A stretch of 33,390 nt of DNA from Myxococcales bacterium. GTDB taxonomy: Bacteria; Myxococcota_A; UBA9042. The position numbers and the translations under genes are program-made. Below, piece after piece: positions 8,259-16,249 of this stretch (the first letter of the stretch is position 1; each line of letters opens with the position of its first letter). The notes under the pieces are model-generated. The model did no database searches, had not been told where the DNA came from, and worked only from the letters and a program-made list of their open reading frames with translations. The DNA is taken from the NCBI GenBank assembly GCA_037441385.1, contig JBBISH010000072.1, positions 1 to 33,390 of the forward strand, read 5' to 3'.

Positions 8259-9320
8259 TCAGCGCGACACGCCCAGCTGCTTGCAACGGTCGCGGATACG
8301 GCGCACGTCGTCCGATCGTCGCGCCGGCGCCTTCAAGAAGCGCTGATACATCTCCAATGCGACGGCCTTGTCGCCCTTGGCGTCTTGCAACTCGCCCAGG
8401 GCCAACAGCACGCCGGCGTCGTCGGGGTACTGCTCGACCCCCTTGGCCAGCTGATCGATGGCGTCGTCGACCTTGCGCTGCAAGACCAAGACCCGCGCCA
8501 TCGCCACGCGATTCTCGGGCCCTAGCTGCGGCAAGAGCTTTTCGGCTTCGCGGCCGGCTTGCTCGGCTTCGGCCACGCGCCCCAACCCTTGCAAACACGC
8601 TACCTTGGCCGCCCACGCCTGCGCGAAGCGTGGCCGCATTTCCAGCGCCTGCTCCACCGCCTTCAAGGCCTCGGCATACTCTTGCCGCTCCATCCAGGCC
8701 AACGCCAAGTTGTACAGGATCGAGCCGTGTCCGGGCGCCAATTCTGCCGCCTTTTTCAGGGCCTCGATAGCCTCGCTCCACAGGCCGCGCCGCAGGCGCA
8801 CCGCGCCCAGGTTCGACCACACGCGCGCATCGTCGGGCGCCAAGGTCGCGGCCTGCTCCAGCACCTTTTGAGCCGCCACTTCCTCGTCGTCGGCCAGATA
8901 CAGGATGCCCAAGTTCGACAGGGCGCCGTGCAACTGCGGGTTGACCGCAATCGCCTCTTCAAAGTGCTGGCGCGCCTCGGCCCGCTTGTTTTCGGCCATG
9001 GCGATCAAGCCCAGGTGGTACATCGCCAAGGCCGAGCGCGGATACTTGGCCAGATGCTCTTCAAAGGCTTGGCGCGCGGCCTCGTTGTCGCCGTCGCGCA
9101 GGGCGCTCATGCCGTCGAGCAAGCGCCCGGACAAGGGCTCGTGGTCTACGCCCAGCCGCAGCGGCGACTCGCTCAGCCCGCGGTCGCGGTCCGGAGCCAC
9201 ATAGCCCGAGCCGCACGCCGAGCCAAAGATCGCAAGCGCCAGTCCGGCCGCCCAGTTGCGCAGCCACGCTTGCCGATGAGCCGGCGTCGGGGGCGTTGGC
9301 AACCTGCGGTTCAGAGTCAT
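8259..9320 (-). CDS. TPR-repeat lipoprotein
   Basis: Signal peptide ending FGSA-C; repeated TPR patterns (ALSNLGILY, VWSNLGAVR, ILYNLALAW). Confidence 0.85.
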   Translation of the reverse strand: MTLNRRLPTPPTPAHRQAWLRNWAAGLALAIFGSACGSGYVAPDRDRGLSESPLRLGVDHEPLSGRLLDGMSALRDGDNEAARQAFEEHLAKYPRSALAMYHLGLIAMAENKRAEARQHFEEAIAVNPQLHGALSNLGILYLADDEEVAAQKVLEQAATLAPDDARVWSNLGAVRLRRGLWSEAIEALKKAAELAPGHGSILYNLALAWMERQEYAEALKAVEQALEMRPRFAQAWAAKVACLQGLGRVAEAEQAGREAEKLLPQLGPENRVAMARVLVLQRKVDDAIDQLAKGVEQYPDDAGVLLALGELQDAKGDKAVALEMYQRFLKAPARRSDDVRRIRDRCKQLGVSR

Positions 9321-9405
9321 GAGCAGTCCCTGGCGGTGGGAAAGCTAGTGTAGCCGCGGCAGAATGCGACACAAGCCCCGCGCGCCGCATCCTGGCGAGA
9401 GTTGA

Positions 9406-12129
9406 TTATCCAGCCACTTCAGAAAGTTCCTGCTCGACTTCGGCCAAACGCTGCTGCACCGCCGCCAAGCGCGGACCACCGCCACGCTGGGTCAGGTAGG
9501 CCAGGTACGACCGCAAGCCCGTCGCCATGCGCACCAGGTCGCCCATGTCGTGCAGCATCTGCAGCGACTCGTCAAAAGCCTCTGTACACTTGCGGTCGAT
9601 GATGGTCGCTCGCGTGCCGGCGTCGGACAGGGCGCGCGTACCCAACACGCAGGCGCGGACCACCAGTGCCCGCGCCACCGCCAGCCGCGCACCCGAGCCG
9701 CGGGCCACGTCCACGGCACGCTCGCTGTCCAAGTCTGCGGTCTCGAGCGCCGATCGCTCCAGCGAAATCGAAGCTTGCACGCGATAGACGCCACTGAGGA
9801 GCTCGGGATCGTCAACGTCGCGGGCCAGCTCCGTCATGTCGATCATCATCGCCGCGCCTTCTTGCCACTCGCCGAGCGCGATCGCGGTCTCGGCGCGGGC
9901 CAGCGCCACTTCTAGCCGCCGACGCCGATCGCCCACCTCTTGCGCGAGCATCGAGGCCTGCTCCCAGGCCTGGAACGCGAGCTTGTACTTGCCCTGCGCC
10001 GCGTGGACTTCGCCGAGCACCGCGCGCGCCTCGGCCGCGCCCCAGCGCTCTTGGATTTGATCGCAGATCTGCACCGCTTCGGCCACGGCATCGTGGGCGT
10101 CCGAGAAATGCCCACGGCCCAGGTGCACCCGCGCGATGTTGCACAGCGACCGCGCCACCACCCGCCGATCCTGCGAGCGACGGCGCAGCGCCAAGGCCTT
10201 CAAGAAGTGCTGCAGCGCCGTCTTGTAGGCGTCATTCTCACCACGGATCAGGTGGATGAGGCCCAGCTCGTCGCTGACATCGGCGATCCAGCGATGCGCG
10301 CCGGCCACCTTTAGATGCTTCATCGCCGCGTCCAGGTAGGCCAGCGCAGCGTCGTAGTGCCCGGACACGCGGGCCACTTGCGCGACCCGCAGTTGTACGG
10401 TGCCGCAGCGCAAGTCGTCGTCCAGGCAGCGGGCCATATGCAGCGCGTCCAGCAGCGCTCGCTCGGCCTCGACGTGCCGCGAAAGGCGCAGCAGCCCGCC
10501 GCCATAGGCAGTGCGCAGATCGCAGGCGATATCGGCATCGTCGGCGCCGCTGTTGCGTGTCCCAGCCTCGTACAGCGCCAGCGCCCGCTGCAGCTGCCCC
10601 ACCGAGCGCGCCGCATTGCCCGCCTCAAGGTAGAATTGCGCAGCTTGCCGGCGCCGACCGCCTGCCTCGTACAGTTCGGCAATGTGGGCGTTTTCGGCGA
10701 TCGGATCCACGCGCGGCCGGCTCGACAGCCATTGGGCGGCCAGGCGGCTGAACAAATCGCGCTTCTCGGCGTCCATCTCGCTGACCACGGCCGCCGGGTC
10801 CGTCGAGTGAACGAAGCTGAATTCCAGCTCGGAACCCAGGTGCGATTGCTCCACAAAGACAACCACATCCACGGCCTGCAGCTGCAACATGGCCGCACGC
10901 AGCTGCGATCGATCCCGCTCCGAGATGCTGTCGGCCGGGTTGTTGTGGGCACCGCGCAACACCGAAAGCACACCGCCAAACCAACACGTGGGACCAAACA
11001 CCGCGGCCGCATCCACCACCAGGCGCAGTTCGTCGGGCAGCCGGGCAATTCGGTCCGGCAACATCGACGTCGATTGGCCGTTGGCCGCCAGCGTGTTTTG
11101 CCACGACACCGACACGCCGCGCTCGGTGCGGCTGACCCAACGCCACACGCCATCTTTTTGGGCAATCTCGCCAGCGGCCACCATGCCGCGCAGCATGTCG
11201 ACCAGCCGCTCGGGCGATCCGGCGGCCTGCGCAGCCAACGCTTCGCCCACATTTTGCGGCGCACCGCGCACCGAGTGCAGCAGCTTGCTGGCCAGAGCAC
11301 GCAGCGTCGCCGCGTCCATTGGCCCCAAACTGACGGCAATGAGGTCAAAGCCCTCTGGCGGCGCCACGCGAGCTTCTACGATGGCCACCACAGCCGACTG
11401 GGCGGCATTGGTCTGCAGCCCGCTCAGCATGGCCGGCAGCTCATCCGCGGCACTGCTGGCTGCGTCAAATTGCAGCACCAGCGGGGCGGTCTTGGCCCGG
11501 TGGCGCAACAGGGCCGCCACCAACTGGGCCGACACGTGGACAGGCGGTTCCACGACCGTGCGGTCTTCGGCCACGCCATCGGGCTTGAGCCCCAGCAGCG
11601 GCGCCACCACGTCGATCACGCCCGGAGCGCGCTCCTGGCCCAACCAAGTCTGCAATTCACTTTGGATGCGGTCCCAGGCCTTGGGCTGCCGAAGCGCGCC
11701 GATGCCGCCCAGCACCTCGGCGAGCACACGTCCAGGCAAGGTCGCCGGCCCGGCGGTCTCGCGTTGCGTCACCTTGACCCATTTCAGTGACTTGCTCGAC
11801 GTGGTGATGAGGCGCGACAACTCGGCGATCAGGCGCGTCTTGCCCACACCATGCGGCCCGTAGACCCAAATGACCTTGGCGTGACGATGGTTGATGGCCT
11901 CGCGCACGGTATTGTAGGCCAGTTCGATCTCGGCACGGCGACCGACGAAGGGCACGTTGAAGCCAAAGACCGAGGTAACTTCGCTGATCTGCTTGACCTC
12001 GGCTTCGCGGTCGCGATGGACGGGCAAATCCTCGTGGGCCCGCAGCACCACTTGGCTGCTAGGGGTCCGCCGCGGCGCGACGACCGTCGCGGGCACAGGC
12101 TTTGGAAGTTCGGGCGGTTGGTCAACCAT
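9406..12129 (-). CDS. STAND-like AAA ATPase with C-terminal TPR repeats
   Basis: PFVGRRAE, Walker A GPHGVGKT, long helical/TPR C-terminal half (VARSLCNIARVH). Start placed at MVDQ (12129) because the longer ORF overlaps mutS2. Confidence 0.8.
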   Translation of the reverse strand: MVDQPPELPKPVPATVVAPRRTPSSQVVLRAHEDLPVHRDREAEVKQISEVTSVFGFNVPFVGRRAEIELAYNTVREAINHRHAKVIWVYGPHGVGKTRLIAELSRLITTSSKSLKWVKVTQRETAGPATLPGRVLAEVLGGIGALRQPKAWDRIQSELQTWLGQERAPGVIDVVAPLLGLKPDGVAEDRTVVEPPVHVSAQLVAALLRHRAKTAPLVLQFDAASSAADELPAMLSGLQTNAAQSAVVAIVEARVAPPEGFDLIAVSLGPMDAATLRALASKLLHSVRGAPQNVGEALAAQAAGSPERLVDMLRGMVAAGEIAQKDGVWRWVSRTERGVSVSWQNTLAANGQSTSMLPDRIARLPDELRLVVDAAAVFGPTCWFGGVLSVLRGAHNNPADSISERDRSQLRAAMLQLQAVDVVVFVEQSHLGSELEFSFVHSTDPAAVVSEMDAEKRDLFSRLAAQWLSSRPRVDPIAENAHIAELYEAGGRRRQAAQFYLEAGNAARSVGQLQRALALYEAGTRNSGADDADIACDLRTAYGGGLLRLSRHVEAERALLDALHMARCLDDDLRCGTVQLRVAQVARVSGHYDAALAYLDAAMKHLKVAGAHRWIADVSDELGLIHLIRGENDAYKTALQHFLKALALRRRSQDRRVVARSLCNIARVHLGRGHFSDAHDAVAEAVQICDQIQERWGAAEARAVLGEVHAAQGKYKLAFQAWEQASMLAQEVGDRRRRLEVALARAETAIALGEWQEGAAMMIDMTELARDVDDPELLSGVYRVQASISLERSALETADLDSERAVDVARGSGARLAVARALVVRACVLGTRALSDAGTRATIIDRKCTEAFDESLQMLHDMGDLVRMATGLRSYLAYLTQRGGGPRLAAVQQRLAEVEQELSEVAG

Positions 12130-12335
12130 GGGGTGATCTCGGCGCGCCCGACGCATCGGGGTCGGATTCGGGTCCGGCGGTCGCACAGCGCAACAAACCC
12201 GGCGCACCCGCGTGCCGCATGCCTTGGCGTGGCAAGTCGGCACGGGGCCATGATAGAAACGCGCAGCCCGGCGGGCAAGGCCAGCCGAAGAATTGTCCGC
12301 GAGCTTGCCCACCTGCCGGGCGGGAGCACCCCAAC

Positions 12336-14762
12336 ATGAGCGAAGGCCTGCGCAACCATCGTATTCTAGAAGCATTGGCTCTGCACGCCGCCACGGATCG
12401 CGGCGAGGTCGCGGCTCGCGCCTTGGCTGCGGCCAGTTCGCCCGACGAGGCCCAGGTGCGCCTTGCCGAGGTGACCGAGGCCGAATTGCTGTTGCGCAAC
12501 TCATCGTTGCCCAAGCTGCCGCTGCGCCTGGACGTCGCTGAGCCGCTGACCCGGGCGGGCCGCGGGGCCAGTCTGGACGGGTCGGACCTGGCGGCGCTGG
12601 GGCGACTGGCGCGCGCCGGACGGCAGAACCAGCGCATCGGACAGCTGTGGCCACCAGAAGTCCGGTTGCTTCGCGCTCACGTGGGCCGGCTACCCGATCT
12701 GGAACTGGTAGGGACAATCCTGGCCGACTCGCTGGACGACGACGGGCTGCTGCTGGACACGGCCAGTCCCGAGCTGGCGCGGCTGCGGCAGGAAGTGTTC
12801 ACGCTGGGCGCCCGGCTGCGGCGGCGCATCGAGGCGCTGGTCAAAGAGACCGATGCGGCCGGCCTGCTGCAAGACGACTACTACACGCTCCGCGACGACC
12901 GCTACGTCTTGCCGGTGGTGGCGAGCCAAAAGCGCACGCTTTCCGGGATCATCCACGGCATGTCGCAAACCGGCGCGACGGTCTACGTCGAACCGCAAGA
13001 GCTCGTCGACGGCAACAATCAGCTGGCGTTGGCTCACGAGGCCGTGCGTCGCGAAGAGCGGCGCATCCTGGCCGAACTGTCGCAGATGTGCGCCGAGCAC
13101 CGCGACGAATTGCTGGCGACGTCGGATGTTTTGACCCTGGTGGATCTGCGCATGGCAGCGGGTCGCCTTGGCGTGCAGTTGGAGGCTCACTGCCCGCGTT
13201 TTGGCGACGGCACCGCGCTGGATGCCCCGGCGCTGCGCCACCCCATCTTGGTGCTCGACGGTGTGCAGGTGGTCGCCAATGCGGTGCGGTGGTCAGCGCC
13301 CGCGCGCTGGTTGGTGGTATCGGGGCCCAACGGTGGCGGCAAGACCGTAGTGCTTAGCGCGGTGGGCCTAGCGGTCGAGATGGCGCGCATGGGCCTGTTT
13401 GTGTGCGCCTCGCCCGATACCCTGCTGCCCTGGTTCGACCGCGTCGAGACCGTGCTGGGCGATGCACAGGACATCGAGCGCGGTCTGTCGACCTTTGAAG
13501 GGCACCTGCGCCGCATCGCGCAAGTACTTACCGCTGCTGAGCAACCGGGGCAGACGCTCATTTTGCTGGACGAACTGGCGACCGGCACTGAGCCCTTGGC
13601 CGGTGCCGCGCTGGCCACGGCCATTCTAGAACACGCGATGGCCAACCTGCCGCGCGCTTGGGGCGTGGTGACCACGCACTTCGAAGCGCTGAAATTGCTC
13701 GCGCTGCGCAACCCGGCCTGTGTCAACGCCGCTTTGGAGCTGGACGCGCGCAGCCTGACGCCCACGTTCCGCCTGACGCTGGGCCACATGGGCACCTCGA
13801 ACCCGCTGGCGCTGGCGGCGCGGTTGGGCATGCCGGCCAGCATCGTGAACCGCGCCGAGCAGCTGATGGGCACCGGAGGCAGCGAGGTCATGCAACTGCT
13901 CGACCGCCTGCAGGCGCAGCGCCAGGCCCTGGCGGACGCGGAGCAGTCGGTGCAGCGCGAGAAGAAACAGCTTGAAAATAGTCGTCAATTGCTCGACGAC
14001 CAGCGAAACAACGAACAGCGCGCCATCGACCGCCGCATCGAGCGCGCCACGGCCGATGTGAACAAGCAACTTCATGCAGTTGCTCAGGAATTGGCCCAGG
14101 CGCGTCAGGCCGCGGCGTCGGCCGACAAAAAGCGCATCGAAGAGGCGGCCAAGGTGATCTCGCAGCGGCAAGTGGAGGTCGAACGCCTGAGCAAAGCCGC
14201 CACGGCGCGCCTGGGGGGCAAAATCGAGCGCGAGCCCATGCAAGCCACACAGCTGCAAGTTGGCTCTGTGGCATGGCATTTGGGCCTGGACTGCCGGGTT
14301 GAGTTGATCGAGGCCTCGCCCAAGGGCGATCGGTTCAAAGTCCGCGCTGGCGGCCTGGAGCTGTGGTGCACGCTGGCCGAGTTGGCTACGAGCAAGCCGA
14401 GCGACGTGGCGCCAGTGACCAAGCCCCAAGGCAAGCAAGGCGCTCAGGCTAGCCAACCAACTGATTCTACTGCACAACCCCGAAATCTCGATGAGGGAGC
14501 GGCGCTGCTGCGACTGCCCGACGCAACCGTGGATGTGCGCGGCATGCGCGCCGAAGAGGCCGTCCGCGAGGTCGACCGCCACCTGGACAAGATGATTCTG
14601 ACAGGTCGCCCAGGTGCTTGCGTGGTCCACGGCCACGGCACCGGAGCCCTGCGCGACGCCGTGCGGTCGCACCTGCGCCGGCACCCGCACGTCGCCCACA
14701 GCCGCCCCGGTCTGCAGGGCGAAGGCGGCGACGGCGCCACGCTGGTCTGGCTCGAAACCTAG
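12336..14762 (+). CDS. mutS2: MutS2 endonuclease / ribosome-collision ATPase with Smr domain
   Basis: GIIHGMSQTGATVYVEP, GPNGGGKT, LSTFEGH, LLDELATGTEP, TTH, coiled coil, C-terminal Smr (VDVRGMR...HGHGTGALR...GGDGAT). Confidence 0.93.
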   Translation: MSEGLRNHRILEALALHAATDRGEVAARALAAASSPDEAQVRLAEVTEAELLLRNSSLPKLPLRLDVAEPLTRAGRGASLDGSDLAALGRLARAGRQNQRIGQLWPPEVRLLRAHVGRLPDLELVGTILADSLDDDGLLLDTASPELARLRQEVFTLGARLRRRIEALVKETDAAGLLQDDYYTLRDDRYVLPVVASQKRTLSGIIHGMSQTGATVYVEPQELVDGNNQLALAHEAVRREERRILAELSQMCAEHRDELLATSDVLTLVDLRMAAGRLGVQLEAHCPRFGDGTALDAPALRHPILVLDGVQVVANAVRWSAPARWLVVSGPNGGGKTVVLSAVGLAVEMARMGLFVCASPDTLLPWFDRVETVLGDAQDIERGLSTFEGHLRRIAQVLTAAEQPGQTLILLDELATGTEPLAGAALATAILEHAMANLPRAWGVVTTHFEALKLLALRNPACVNAALELDARSLTPTFRLTLGHMGTSNPLALAARLGMPASIVNRAEQLMGTGGSEVMQLLDRLQAQRQALADAEQSVQREKKQLENSRQLLDDQRNNEQRAIDRRIERATADVNKQLHAVAQELAQARQAAASADKKRIEEAAKVISQRQVEVERLSKAATARLGGKIEREPMQATQLQVGSVAWHLGLDCRVELIEASPKGDRFKVRAGGLELWCTLAELATSKPSDVAPVTKPQGKQGAQASQPTDSTAQPRNLDEGAALLRLPDATVDVRGMRAEEAVREVDRHLDKMILTGRPGACVVHGHGTGALRDAVRSHLRRHPHVAHSRPGLQGEGGDGATLVWLET

Positions 14763-14820
14763 AGACGCGACCAATTACTGCTCATTTGTTCAGTAACCGC
14801 TGCTTCTGGCCGCGTCTCTA
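14759..14820 (+). repeat. Repeat module B, copy 1 (CTAG-bounded long hairpin)
   Basis: CTAGAGACGCGACC...GGCCGCGTCTCTA terminal inverted repeat; matches the reverse complement of 17546-17607; its first CTAG contains the mutS2 stop. Confidence 0.9.
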
Positions 14821-14994
14821 ATACGGTTTCCGTCCAAATCGGCTCGAAAACTTCGGCAATTCTTCGGGACCGAACCGGGGTCCCCGCCTGATTCTCGCCG
14901 GCTGCAGACCGGGTCAGAGGAACCGTACAGGCGCGAATCAGGTGGGGTGCGTATCAGAGGAACCGTACAGGCGTGAATCAGACGGGGTTCGTAT
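14821..14994 (+). repeat. Repeat family A, copy 2, with a tandem 40-bp duplication of its right end
   Basis: 14821-14954 matches copies 1 and 3; 14914-14953 is repeated with variants at 14954-14993. Confidence 0.9.
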
Positions 14995-15093
14995 GACCCC
15001 AAGTGGGGCGCAAGCGAGCGCCTGCAGCGACTCGCCGCGCCGAGTTCAAAGGTTCGGACGTGCGGAGAAAGTCCTAATTGATCAGCTCTCTAG
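14995..15093 (+). repeat. Repeat module C, copy 1
   Basis: CCCCAAGTGGGGCGCAAGCGAGCGCC...GTGCGGAGAAAGTCCTAATTGATC...CTAG matches the reverse complement of 17449-17549. Confidence 0.88.
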
Positions 15094-15114
15094 AGCTTTG
15101 TGCGAGCTTTGACC

Positions 15115-16062
15115 CTACTTGGGCCGAGCGTAGCCCACCAGGCACTGGCCGGTGGTCCAGACTTCGTTGCTGCTGGGCCAACGCACCAGGCGCGTATTGA
15201 CCACTTCGCCCGCGCCGTCGCGAATGACCTGCGGCCGAGTGGGATCCACTGCCATTCTGCGCACTTTGCCCGCTCGCTGCGCAATCAGCACCACGTGGGC
15301 GCCGCGCACGCGTTCAACCACGCCGACCAGCGTCACGCCGTCGTCAGGGCGGCCATTGCCATTCAAGTCGGCGGTATCGCGAAAGAAGATCAGATCGCCC
15401 GGACGGGTGTCGCCGTCGGGCACCTTGCCATTCTGGCCGGTCAGCTTGCCCCACAGCGCCGCCGCATAGGGCCCACGCGCCTCGACCTGCACGTCTTGCC
15501 CTGCGGCCTTGAGCACTTGCGCTACAAACGCCCGATCCTGCAGGCCGGGCGTCCCCAGCAGCGCCTGAGCGGCTTCCACACGTTGGGTTGCGCGAAGTTC
15601 CTCGTCGTTCTGCGGTGCACGAGCATTGGCCGGGGCGGCCGGCTGCTGGGTCGGTGCCGCCTCTGCAGGAGCACGCACTGGCTCTGCGACTGGCGCGGGC
15701 GGGGTCGATTCAGCTGGCGGATCCTTGGCTTGCGCGGCGTGACGCTGCGGCCAAGCACCGGTGGGGTGGGTAGCCATGACCGGTCGCTGGCGGGCGGGAC
15801 GATCACGCGGCGGCGCCTCTTCGGGCCGCTCGTCCAACGGCGGAGGCGGCAGGCCCAGCTGCGGTTCCGGGGCGTCGCCCCCTGCGTTCAGACCGCTTTC
15901 CTCAAAGGCGTAGTCGCGCGGGCACGTGACGGCGGCCCCACAGCCTGCCCAGGCAACAGACGAGCAACACAGCAAAACACTGGCGCTCGACAGCCAAGTT
16001 CGGTCCGCAACCCGCAGGGTTCGGCGCAGCTGGGGCAGCAGTTCCGCCAAGATCACTCGCAC
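15115..16062 (-). CDS. Lipoprotein with Pro-rich linker and C-terminal NlpC/P60(CHAP)-like domain, catalytic residues apparently lost
   Basis: VAWAG-C lipobox; Pro/Ala-rich middle; RPGDLIFFRDTADLNGNGRPDDGVTLVGVVE resembles the PGDLVFF...THVG core. Start uncertain. Confidence 0.65.
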   Translation of the reverse strand: MRVILAELLPQLRRTLRVADRTWLSSASVLLCCSSVAWAGCGAAVTCPRDYAFEESGLNAGGDAPEPQLGLPPPPLDERPEEAPPRDRPARQRPVMATHPTGAWPQRHAAQAKDPPAESTPPAPVAEPVRAPAEAAPTQQPAAPANARAPQNDEELRATQRVEAAQALLGTPGLQDRAFVAQVLKAAGQDVQVEARGPYAAALWGKLTGQNGKVPDGDTRPGDLIFFRDTADLNGNGRPDDGVTLVGVVERVRGAHVVLIAQRAGKVRRMAVDPTRPQVIRDGAGEVVNTRLVRWPSSNEVWTTGQCLVGYARPK

Positions 16063-16249
16063 AGGACCACGATGGCCCTGCCGCTAGGATCGGTCGCCCT
16101 GCCACGGCGTCAAGAAAAGCGCCCGCGCCACCGTGCGATCTGTACACCGGCGGACTATCGTACAGCAGTGGTGAATCGCGCAGGCCGCCAGCGCGTTCGC
16201 CATTTGGACAGCCGCGCTCCCACCCGAGCGGCACAGCACGAGGTAGCCC

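Noticed and set aside
12130..12717. N-terminal 196 aa of the 1103-aa ORF and the upstream extension of mutS2 from 12102
   Set aside because: Low-complexity Arg/Pro-rich translations that overlap each other on opposite strands; starts at 12129 and 12336 leave a normal divergent promoter gap.
14914..14994. CRISPR array
   Set aside because: Two adjacent 40-bp units with no spacers, part of repeat A; no cas genes in the window.
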